A stretch of DNA of 64,000 nt. Origin: Antedon mediterranea (Eukaryota > Animalia > Echinodermata). Under the pieces are notes generated by a model, which saw only the letters and a program-made list of their open reading frames with translations, had not been told where the DNA came from and made no database searches. Below are positions 25,896-37,857 of the stretch, piece after piece. Both the position numbers and the translations under genes were made by a program. The stretch covers positions 22,616,795-22,680,794 of the forward strand of contig NC_092670.1 in NCBI RefSeq assembly GCF_964355755.1. The letters are read 5' to 3'. Positions within the stretch are counted from its first letter, which is position 1. Each line of letters starts with the position of its first letter.

Positions 25896-26429
25896 TTTAT
25901 ATGTCCATATAAAACAAAAATACAACCGCGATTTTTTAAACTCAGCTGCATGTACAGACATTGTGGCAAAGACGTTTTAAACGCTTCATTTCAATATAAG
26001 CCATTATTCTATAAATTTGATGTATAACGGTATTGGACTGTTTGTATTGGGAACGAAATACCCTAATATTCGAAAAAAACAAAAAACCGAAATACCCTTG
26101 AGTGAACGAATAATTATGATGCGCAATTAAGGTGTTTATTTTGCCATATAAAATATAAAAAACAAATATTTTTTGGTAATATGCATCAACAATATTTTTC
26201 AAATGTATTTTAGATAAATAAATAAATAATGTAAAGTCTCTAGAAACAAAGCAAATATTGTGACTAACCAATTCAATGTTTTATTAAATAAAAACAAAAA
26301 TCAGGCATCTGTGAAAAAAATATAATGAAAAAGAACTGACTTTAACAATGACGAACTTACTTGTTTAAAGAACTTTTGTTATCAGTTGATATTATTAAAT
26401 TAGTAGCAGTATTATGAATATTACAAAAT

Positions 26430-26720
26430 AATATTTTGAGAACTGAAAAATATTTTGAGGGAACGAATATATTTAGGGAGAACAAAATAAGATTTCAAGA
26501 ACTGAATAATATAAAAAACGAATTACTACTTCGAGACAAGGAATGATGATGATGATGATGATGATGATCGAGAGAACGAAATAATTTCGAGGGAAATTAT
26601 TTCGTTCTCTCGCGAAGTAGTAATTCGAATTTCAAATGAAATAATATTTCGAGATAACGAAATAGGTAGGCCCTATGCCTATATGATTTAGTGATATTCA
26701 TTCCCTCGAAATAATAATAC
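26430..26720. repeat. Degenerate (ttcgagggaacgaaataat)-type short repeats with local inversion and (GAT)n; probable MITE remnant
   Basis: Recurring gagaacgaaataat / ttatttcgttctctcg motifs. Confidence 0.4.
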
Positions 26721-27481
26721 AGTAGGCTATATATTTTTCAAGTTGTCGATTTACTTCAAATTGACAACAGGTTGTATATACTCAATCAAAAACAAACAAT
26801 TTAATTTGATTAGACTATATGTCTCCAGATATAATAATAGTAATATTTATTTCAATCCACTTGATATTTTGCGATTCAAGTTGGTATTCTAAGGAATTAT
26901 AATTACCCTAACGGGAGTTGGTGAACGTCCAGTGCCCTAGTTTTTACGGGGTTAATATGATGTCGATGTCTCGATGGTCCTACTTTTTTATCGATGAAAG
27001 CTGCCCGGGTGGTTGCGGCCATTTTCAACAGCTAGTATTACAATATTCAATGCTGAAAATTGTCCAGTGGACACTTTCAAACACCGGACAGATTTAAATC
27101 TTACACCGGCCATAATTATGTCCGTGGTGTGTGTTGTGTGTGGATGATAGATAATAAATGTTATAAATTTAAATTTATCAATACTAGACTACGACAGTTT
27201 GCCTTTTTCAAAAATCAATTATTTACGAGCACAAAAATGTTTATCAAAAGTTCTTTCTAAAATAAAAGATTCTTCTTGTGCTTTAAAATAGAGGGCGCCA
27301 TTCATAATAACCTTTATGCGCCATCAAAATAAAAGGTTTTTGGTAAACAACAATAGCTAGCTAGCTGCAGAAGTTACGTATCCTAAATTTGAACACAATA
27401 ACTGCATAACTCTCCCTCTTTCTGATGTTATCTTGGCAAAATTTTGCCACTATTGTACTAGAGGAGAGTTAGAGCAGACAA

Positions 27482-30400
27482 ATGAATCTCGCAAGCCTAG
27501 GACGACAGCCAGATTCCCCTTTATTATTTGCTACGTTTAATCAAGATTGCACGTAAGTAATTATCAGGAGGCCTACCTAGACTACGTACAGTACAGTACT
27601 TGGGACAGAACACTGTTTATGTATAGGTTGGCCAGTGGTGTATTATTGTGGCGCAGCTGTCAAACAAAGATGAACTTTGCACTAAGGATTAGGGATTTAT
27701 TGTGTTGATGATCTTATAATTGTTTATTCGCAGACATAGGCCTAGATTGAAAATAAATCTTCTGCACTTTAATAATTTCTTTTTTCTATATATATAATAT
27801 TATTAAAACTACTGCGTTTAGCTAGTGCCACCAGATAGGCCTACTACTTTTTTTTTTAAATTCTTAGCTTGAGGTCCAGAAATTGTTTTGTGGTTTTTGC
27901 CTTTTGTGAAAAAATATATATCCACTTCATTGATTTTTCCAAATTTGTACTTTGTTTTCTATTATTGTCCCTTTGAACTCATATTTGAGTGTTTTGTTCT
28001 TTTGTTGCTTCCTGCTGAATCTAAAAATGTATTCAATAATAACATAATTTTCCTTTTCTTACAGAGATTGCTGCAAAGATAAATTAACACAACCACCCTC
28101 TTCCCCACCAATTCTAACCCCATAACTTCCATAGTGTATGAATGCATTGTTTACATACACTCTACCCTTGTTAATCCCATCCCTGTGACTGTCAGCCTTC
28201 ACATTTTACCACCCCCATGTCTCTTGAACAGCATTTAATACTATGTATTATATTATGAGTCTAGTCTGGATACCTAATTAGGTAGTAGTGGAATTATACT
28301 TGAATGCAATAATGTGGAATTTACCAAATTCTTGTGTCCATATATTATTTAACCTAAATTAGGGGGGAGGGATTATACTTGAGCATATGATTATATACTC
28401 CATCATATAATGGTACATTAATTAAATATTACAATATTGAAAATATTTATAATTTGTTCGTAGGTCCTTGGCAGTTGGTACTGAAACAGGCTATCGGTTG
28501 TTCTCACTCAACTCTGTTGACAAACTTGAAACAATCTATGAATCTGGTAAGCTATATTACAGGTGTATAAATGGGAACCCTGTTTAGATCAAGACACAAC
28601 TTTGCGCTGATTACTAGCTGCATTATAGGAGTATGTTTCCATACATGTTTGATCAAAAAAATGACTGGGATAATAATGTTCAGCACTTAGAGGTTGCACA
28701 ACATTAGATGCTATATAAATTCAGGATATTTTTATTATAATTATTATAAAGCTCTGTCTACACTATCAAACTAGTTTGACAAAAAAATGTGATGTGCCGA
28801 AATATGGAAGCGATATACCCAAATATGATAGTGATATGACACATTTTTTTGTCACATAAATGTTGATAGTGTTGACAGAGCTTTTAGGCTTTATTATTTT
28901 TTATATACAAAATTGCAATGAACAAAACAAACAAACGCTGTCTTGCAACTAGGCAGCAAAAATATACCCAGAAGCATGCATATTTGTTATCTTTCTTTAT
29001 GCAATTCCAAAGTTTATCATAATCTAAAAATAGAAATGATGTAATCCTATAAATTATATTTTTAGGAATGTTCTATAATAATAGGCATCAAATTTTTAAC
29101 TTCATTACATCATTTATATTTTTAGAATATGATCAATGTGTAATAGAAATATTAAAAAAAACATCATTTTTATAACAATTATTTTATTTTATCACCAGTA
29201 ATTTAATCTCTTATTGAAGAAATAATTATATGTAATTCATTTTTTATATTAGTGAATACATGCAATTATTATTGTTTGAATAAATATAAATAAAAAGTAG
29301 GTCAACATTATTTCAAAAATATCAATGATGTATTATAGGTCAAGATTATAAATTAATTCATTATAATATTTATGAAATCATGATTCAAACACATTTTTAT
29401 AAAGCCATTACTACTGTACGAATATATAATAATATAATAATATTCATTGAATGACTTGTTTTTAAGACAATGAGGATATCTGTATTGTGGAACGTCTCTT
29501 CTCTAGCAGCCTAGTCGCTATCGTCAGCTTGTCGTCGCCACGGAAACTGAAGGTATGCCATTTCAAGAAAGGAACAGAAATATGCAACTACAGTTACTCC
29601 AACACAATCCTGGCCGTCAAGCTCAACCGGATGGTAAGACGTCTGATATTGTCCTTTTTATTCCTAGTTCTTTGGCAGATTTAGAGAGTAGCACTTGTAG
29701 TCCAGGAGTATTAGACAAAAAAGGGCCAAAGGTAGAAATAAATATGCTAAAGCTGAATTTTTCAGGATAGGTCCCTGAGGTTGTCTCGAACAATATTTAC
29801 TAAAGTTCCAGTGTTTTCCCGGTCTGCTTCAACCCGCTTGGACTATTTTTCAAAATGGCTGCCATCTTTTTCTTATTTGAGAAAAGATGGATTTTTTTAC
29901 TAATGAAGTACAGTAGTACCCTTGGGGATGTAGGTCAAGAGTTCGAGGGTTGGGTATAAAAAATTAATGGTAGGTGGAATAAAATTAAAACGATAATTAT
30001 ATCCATGACTCTGAAAATTGTAAAGTTTACACCCAAGTATGTTAAATGTATATATGGTAGTGGAGCTGTTGGTGGTTAACATGCATGCCCTTCCAACCCC
30101 AGTGCTAGGGTTGTAACTCACAACTCTTGCAACTCCACTCCCTAAGCTTCAAATGAGACTTGGTTTATAACACGATAAATTATAAAATAGTTTATCCATC
30201 CTGTAATTGAAGAGTTGCTCGCTATTGGATGCGCATGAAATAAACAAATTGTAAAAATATAATATGTGATTCAATTTTTGTTTTCATTTTCAGCGACTTA
30301 TAGTTGCCCTGGAAGAGAGCTTGTACATTCACAACATACGAGACATGAAGGTACTACACACGATACGTGAGACACCTGCCAACCCTCTTGGACTGTGCGC

Positions 30401-33400
30401 TCTCTCCATCAGTAATGATAACTGTTACTTAGCCTATCCAGGTAGCAGTCATATAGGAGAAGTGCAGATCTTTGATACCGTCAATTTACAAGCAGTTAAT
30501 ATGATACCGGCTCATGATAGTTGTCTGGCTGCTCTTGCATTTGACTCGTCTGGTTCTAAACTTGCCACCGCCTCAGAAAAGGTTTGTTATTGCAGAGCTT
30601 TCGATTTGTGATGACCAAACTCTGTCTCAGGTTTGTTTATTGTCATGCAGAAATATTGAGATGTGTGTCCTTGGTCCTCCTTGGTTTCTATGTCCAGACA
30701 ATGGCCGATGAAACATTGATTGACCTGACCTAGGTCATTGCAAATCAAAAGCTCCCGGTTAGCAATTACAGTCATTTGGGAAGTGTCTGGAAAATTAAGA
30801 AATTTTTAAATTTTAAGCCAATTGTATACCTTACTTTTGCTATGATGTGTATTACTGTCCAATGTTGTTATAAAAGAACATAGAACAAGTTTGGAAAAAT
30901 TAAAAATTAGTGTTTCTGAATACTTAATAAATTCATTAATATTTTATTAATTTAAAGGGAACAGTTATTCGAGTGTTTACAATTCCTGATGGCCAGAAAA
31001 TCTTTGAATTCCGACGAGGTGTAAAAAGGTAATTTCATTTTGGTTGTTTTTGTTCTTTTCTTTTTAATATAGTAGTGTATATTAATACAGTACATTTGTG
31101 TATGATAATATAACCCTCTAGATATAATTGACTTGACCATAAGGTCATATATTAAGGTCAAGAGAGGAAGCAATAAACAACACAGAGACTATACAGTAAA
31201 GAATATATATGTTTGTATTGTTTACAATCCTGTCTACTTACAAACATACATAATTAAAACAACAAAAAAATACAAAATCAAATACATTTGTGTTATTCTA
31301 GCTTAGCTGTTCCTGTTAATTATACTGGTAATACAAATTAGATTTAACCTTTCACCCACAATCACAAGTGACTAGCTTATAAGCTTATAAACTGGTCCAT
31401 TGGTCTATATTATGAATTCAAACCTCTATTGAGGTTGTAAAAACAGACTAGTTATTGTAGACTTTAGTTACAAGAGTAAGGGATTTCCCTCCTGAGACCA
31501 AAGAGATTAACTAGAGAGTGAACCCCAAGGTAATCAAAGTTCAAAAAGGGAGTCACATGGAGACTACAGAGCCAATCAGATATATCACATTAAGTCACTC
31601 CCCCTACACCCAAAACCCACCTACCCACCAGTACACCTTTTGGTGTTGAGTGTGTTGAGCATATTAAATGCGAGAATGTATTCCCGAGATCCTTATATGT
31701 GAAAATTAAAAACATTTATCAAAATATTATATTATGTTTCAAGATTATAAATGTTATTACTGTAAACCGTGAGTTCATTTGATAAATTGTGTTTTTGTTT
31801 GCAGGTGTGTAAGCATAAGCTCTTTGGCATTCAACACCGAATCAACATTCCTCTGTGTGTCCAGCAACACGGAAACAGTTCACATTTTTAAACTTGAAAC
31901 ACCAAAAGAAAGGTTTGTCAAAAATTACAATTGTATACGCCTTACCATAATGATTTACAGTACATATAATATTTTTCCATAATTTGAAATAGAGTGCGTT
32001 TTCAGTTGGAATCTGTACAAATTAAGCTCGACTCACTATATTTCTTACCTTTTCTATTTTACTATTGTTTTATTTTGATTTGATTTATTCAATATCGGCT
32101 CATAACAATTACAACAGAATACATAAAAATACAAAAAGAAACAAAAAGCCAGGATTGTCAAAAGCGAACCCAATCACTGTTTAAAGACTTTCAGTCCCAC
32201 AGTCTTGTGCAGTAATCTTCTATAATATTTTTATGTTACTACACATACACTACTGATTGAAACTACCAATTACTTTTAAATAATTTTTTATTTCCATTAT
32301 TTTGTTTGTAAATAATTAGCTTGTCTATTTTTTGGTCTTCTCCCCTCCTTATCTTTTTTACTGTTAAACTTGAACTATTATTTTTGAAACCAATTTTTTA
32401 ATTTTTTTTAAAAAGTAATCTGGGGTCTCTATTATACAAACCTCCTGGTTTCCTGAGACTACATTTCATCATTTTCTTGAATCATTGTACATACTATTAT
32501 TTTATTGTGATTTGATGAATAAAGGTATTTGTTGTTGTTGTATAATTTAGATTTAGATGATATACACAATATGTAGATTCTGTTATTATTATTATTATTG
32601 AAATATGTACAGTACTAAATCCGAGGATGAGCCTAGTACTTGGATGGGGTACTTAGGCAAGGCACTGATGAACTCGGCAACGTACCTACCATCCCAAGTA
32701 ACTGAGGTGTTCTCTCAAGGCCGTGCATTTGCTACAATAAAGTTACCATTCTCGGGCATTAGAAACGTTTGTGCCCTTGTCACGTAAGTTGTGTACTTTA
32801 TCTCTTTACTATCGTTCCCTCTTAATTTGCAGGAACTAAATCGCCTAAGCTTATACCATACAACCCCTATTATTAAGGGAACACCTTGGAGACCAAACAA
32901 AGTGTCCCCTTAATAGAGGTTATTGTCCTTCATTTGTTTCTTGAGAAAGTGTCCCCTTAATGGGGGTGTTCCAATAGAGGAGGTCTACTGTATATACACA
33001 CACACAGTACACAGTACACAGTAGTGCATAACATATCTACTGTGAGAAACTTAATAGAGGCCTTCCTCCCCAAAGATCACAGTATTATGCAATAAGCTTA
33101 TATATTTCCTATGTTTTTTATTTCTTCTTTTATTCAATGTCAACTTATCTTGTAGGATATCTAAACCCAGAGTGTTAGTTGCGGCAGCTGATGGCTATAT
33201 TTATATTTACAACTTGGATCCCACAGACGGAGGGGATTGTACTTTACTTAAACAGCACAGGTAAGCCAATCTCTAAAATGGAATAACCCAATCCCTAAAA
33301 TGGAATAACCCAATCCCTAAAATGGAATAACCCAATCCCTGAAATGGAATAACCCAATCCCTAAAATGGAATAACCTAATATTCACACATTAATTAAAAC

Positions 33401-35464
33401 CAATAAAATTCATGGTAAATAGTGAGTCCTTCTGGTGTAGTAAATGTACAGGGCACTAATAATACAGATTGGAAACTGGAATTTTTGAATTAATGTCATC
33501 TGTATTTTCCCAAAGGCTTGACGGTGCTGAGAATACAGAAGTTCCATCAGAAAGTGCTGAAGGAGGCGACGACAACACAGCCGCTGAAGAACGCAGTGAA
33601 CGGCCAGCAACATTAACACGAGGTACTTTTGCAGCAGCCGCTGCTTCTAATGTACAAACACAATCTTCAAAACATAATACCAAGGGTAGGTAAATGAACC
33701 ACAAATGCTAGGCTGCATGAATTCGCTCTTTAACCTTCGACCCACGACCCTCTTCATGACATGCTTTGCTGGAGTGTATCGTCTGTATATCCAACATCTA
33801 CCGGTGAGAGTAAACATTTTCTGGTTTAATTTGATTGGCTTTCTTACAGTAATGCTAGAAAAGGTGGTTGAGCTTTTATTTTAACATTGTTATTTATATA
33901 GCGCCTTTATAATTTTGCTGAGGATTTAACTTGTTTTTGTAACTGTGTCTATTGCATGAGATACTACCACCTATAATAGAAAAAAAGAATTTTAGGAACA
34001 TTTTACAAAATATGGACTTTTCCATTTTTTGTTTGAGGGGTGTTGTTTCTGGGTATTTTTGTCTATATAGGTAGGGAATCTAAGCTATAGACTACTAGTA
34101 CTAACAATTTAAATTGATTGTGCTGTTCTTAGATCTTTCTAATTAATGACTTGGTGATACCTGCCTTTTCCCCTTTTGACATTATTCCAACCCCACCCTT
34201 TGCTAGTTAAAGATTCACAATACTTTAATTCCCAAAAAAAATGAAAAAGAGTAGCTAGGGTGTAACAGTGGATAGGCTTCTGCATCATTGGTGCTCCAGC
34301 TTTATGTTGCTTCGTGGCCTACAACACCCATTTTGCACATTTTTCTAAGCCTATGGTTAATACAGAATTGTTAGGACAGTCTTGTTTTATGTATTGCTAT
34401 TCACACTGCTTCTTTGATATTATCTTAATGAAAAACACGTTCTAACAACATAGGTTACACATAATAATCACTTTTAAATATAAACACATACTTATTATTG
34501 GTCTGCTTTTCATTTTCCATGATTCTTAAGCCTAGTTGAGACAGAGCTGTATACTAGCAAATGCCTAAGACTTGTATACAAATGCGAAACCATGATTCTT
34601 AAGCCTAGTTCAGACAGAGCTGTATACTAGTAATGCACTAGCAAATAAAAACATCTCAATGTACATACATTTACTAGTTTTCTGACATTTCATTTTTCCA
34701 GGTCTTTTGTTGGCCGTTCAATGTTCAAATAGTCGGCCGCTATGTTCTTTAAAATATTCCAAATGTTTCCACCTATTACTACAGTATTAAGAACGCTTTC
34801 TGAAAACCAGACTATAGTTGACTATATTAGGTTATACTACTAATAATATACAGTATTTACATTATCAAAAACACTGCTTGTAATAGTACACTACTCACTC
34901 CTTTTTTTGATAAAATTACAACATTATTATTTTTGCAATTTTTCAATACTTAAATGCATATTTGTATCTTAACGTTAACACCAGATTTGATATTATTCAT
35001 TATCATTAATCAATATCATTAACAACATCATCATTATAATTAACTTCATAATCAGATTTAATCATTTTTGTTATAACATTAATAACTTCATTGAATCTTC
35101 ACAAACAGTAAAGCTCTGTCTGCACTATCAAACCTTATGTGACAAAAAAATGTGACATGCCCATATATATGAACATGATGATGTCACTACCATATTTGTG
35201 CACATCACATTTTTTTTGTCAAACTAGTTTGATAGTGTAGACAGAGCTTAAGATTATATGTTTCTCCATGGTTTAAAGCTGCTTATTTAACTTTGCCATA
35301 ACTCATTCCCTACAGATTATGCCCAAGCTACCGATAAATCAAGCAAACCCAAAACAGATGACCTTCTAGGTGAAGCTGTCGAGGACGAAGTCAATCGTGA
35401 GGGCGCCCTACCACTCAACGACGAAAATGAATTTCCACCGATGACTCATTACACAGACTCTTAA
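27482..35464 (+). CDS. WIPI2: WD repeat phosphoinositide-interacting protein 2 (ATG18 family PROPPIN), 10 exons, about 460 aa
   Basis: Exons 27482-27552, 28464-28546, 29467-29633, 30294-30581, 30958-31028, 31805-31912, 32613-32783, 33156-33260, 33516-33685, 35316-35464 total 1383 nt in frame. Motifs: MNLAS...[61 protein letters not shown]...[19 protein letters not shown]-terminal NDENEFPPM. The exon 9 donor could alternatively be 33622. Confidence 0.94.
28560..28745 (+). mobile_element. 5'-truncated SINE (same family as 2365-2625)
   Basis: caggtgtataaatgggaacc...tagatcaagacacaactttgcgctgatta plus a LINE2-like tail. Confidence 0.55.
28750..28882. mobile_element. Harbinger-type MITE (agctctgtctacactatcaaac family)
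   Basis: TIRs agctctgtctacactatcaa...ttgatagtgttgacagagct; same family as about 128-190, 5529, 35112 and 41174. Confidence 0.75.
33273..33378. repeat. 22-bp minisatellite (ctaaaatggaataacccaatcc), about 5 copies
   Basis: Direct tandem repeat in WIPI2 intron 8. Confidence 0.85.
35112..35248. mobile_element. Complete PIF/Harbinger-type MITE with TAA target-site duplication
   Basis: TAA|agctctgtctgcactatcaaac...gtttgatagtgtagacagagct|TAA. Confidence 0.85.
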
Positions 35465-36650
35465 AGTATTCAAGACGAGGAAGAAGTGTATGGGTTACAT
35501 AATATTATGTAATAATATCTCATAATATGATATTTATGGCCAATCATTGCCAGCCTTTTTTATCACATGATTTCATGCATATCCCGTAATTCAATGATGA
35601 TTAAAGGTGTCGTATTCAATGCTTGGTTGGTTGGTTTTGTCATTACCTCATTTTCAAAGTGTGCCATGGTTTATTTTTTAACACATTTTTGTTACCGTTT
35701 TGTTTTAATATTATCATTTTTTGAACATTTTTCCACTAGTTATTTTACTTTTTTATGGAAAACTGCCAAATTTAAAAATATAATTTTTAAAATAAATATG
35801 ATAATTATTTTTTTTTAAATTACTGTTTTTAAGTTTAATGAAAGGTTAATTCAGTTTTAGCACTTTTAAATTTTCAAGATTTTTTAGAAATTTAACTAAA
35901 GTGTATAGACTTTATGGGAATAGACTAAAATAAACATGTATATTAATGTTATATTATATATAATATTATATTATATATTTAGTAAATATAGTACTGTTTA
36001 AATTAACTTAATCATATATAAGTTTATAAGAGTAAGATTTGATCTTTTTTCCAAATACACTGTTATGTGTAATGTTTACTTTAACGTCAGATATCACTAA
36101 ACAAGTAGTTACTATAATATTATTACAGATATATTTTGTGAAATAGAAAGACATCTTGTAAATATTTCAATGTTAAGTTACTATAGTCTTTGTACTTTTT
36201 TTTTCACAAATTGAGAACATTGCTGTTATGCTATAGATGTCTTAGTGCTGTAAATGTCCGAATCATATCTTATTTTGTGGCTGATCTGAGCAAGGAACGC
36301 CCTCATCGTTTGACAGTTGGCGACAATGACCAGTTTAGTCTCTGCCATCCTGAACCCTGAGTGCCAGCAATTCTTGGTTGTCTTCGTTTTCCCTGATTGT
36401 AAAATGTTGTGTTTGCTAATTTATTTTTTGCGCTTAAAAAATCAAATTCAAACTTGAAATGGGTTTCTTAAATATTAAGTTTCATATATCCTTATCTAAT
36501 ATAAAGTTAGTTATATATTTCAATATTAATTATTTTATCCTGGAATCCTCTTTTAAGAATTATATAGTAGAATAAAAAAATGGGTCAAAGTTCACACAAA
36601 ATTTGACTGTTTTATATATAATTATACAGTAGTGTGGTATTACACCAGAA

Positions 36651-36995
36651 TATGGCCTTACCACGTTGAAACACCGGTTCTCGTCAAATCACCGGTTCTC
36701 GTGTTAAGCCTGGGTAGAGCTTGGATAGGAGACCATCTGGGAATACCGGGTGCTGTATATGGAGCTGGAGTCCCATTAAGCATTTGAAGCAGCAATGCTG
36801 ACTCTTATGGCAGCCCCAGAATTTAGTATCTGCGTCAGACGTATTGGCTTATACCTCTACTCTGGTTAAGATGGCCACTGGACGAAAGAAGTCCTTGGTC
36901 AATGTTCCAGCCATGGTTCTGGCTTAGTCATCATTCAGATGAATGTAAGACTTAATTGACATTGTCGTTTATGACAGAAGTCGTCCATATATAAT
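36651..36995 (+). mobile_element. 5S rRNA-derived sequence (36651-36757) with a downstream body; candidate SINE3 or 5S pseudogene
   Basis: tatggccttaccacgttgaaacaccggttctcgtc...cctgggtagagcttggataggagaccatctgggaataccgggtgctgta follows eukaryotic 5S rRNA, with an internal duplication/deletion and no T-run terminator. Confidence 0.7.
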
Positions 36996-37615
36996 CAATA
37001 GGCCTATTATTAATTGGGACTTCAGTTCTCTTTGAACCACTGAGAATACCACTCTTTATATGTTTTGACTTCTATTTTGAACATTCTATAAAAACTCCAA
37101 TTTGGGGCACAGTTAGTAGATTTAGTGTCTGCAAATAAATTAGTGGTTTACTGTATTTAGAAGTCTTGGATTGAGGCTATACTGTATGAAATGATTTTAA
37201 ATGTCCTCATACATTTTTATTTTATAGAAGTGGGTGGGTTTGATAGATAGCTCTCTACAATGATATGATATGTACTTTTGACTGATTATCATTCTAATTA
37301 TCTTGGCATGCCTCAAGTAACTTTTATGTAAAATGTTATACAAATAAAATACAAATATTTGATTTTTGTTTTGCATTCTTTTCAATTTGTAAAGAAAAAT
37401 GTTATTGACCAACAAATGGAATGAGTTGCAAATTTTAGAATTTAGCAGCAGCAGTCAAATTAAACATGCAAGCATGGAGACAGACTAATCGTCATTAAAA
37501 AAACATTAGTTTTTCTTCTATATTCTATTAACTTTTTATTACAAAAAAATAATAGGCATATCACGAAACTATCATTTTATCGAATAAACAGAAAAACGCC
37601 GTTTTTTATTTGAAG

Positions 37616-37727
37616 TGGGTGTGGTCATCACTTAATATGGGCGGAGCTTAAAGTCACGAGTGAGTGAGCTAGCTAGCTCTCTGTTTGTAATTGTTTGATC
37701 GACAGCAGTGCATTTTTCGCACGTGAC
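37616..37727 (+). promoter_or_regulatory. Proximal promoter of the fucosidase: GT/GC boxes and CLEAR-like E-boxes
   Basis: GGGTGTGG (about 37617), GGGCGG (37639-37644), GTCACGAG (37653) and CACGTGAC (37720-37727), all within about 240 bp of the ATG. Confidence 0.45.
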
Positions 37728-37857
37728 TTTGTTTATTGTTTTCATTTTAGTTTTCTGAAAGAATCCTTGACGCGGACCGTCTTTGTGTTTAATAATCTTT
37801 ATTTTAATCTATTCTGAATATCTGTAAGTTTGAAGTCGAGTAATAAATAAACAAATT

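Noticed and set aside
36651-36757. Functional 5S rRNA gene
   Set aside because: It has an internal duplication and deletion, decayed ends, no terminator and no tandem array.
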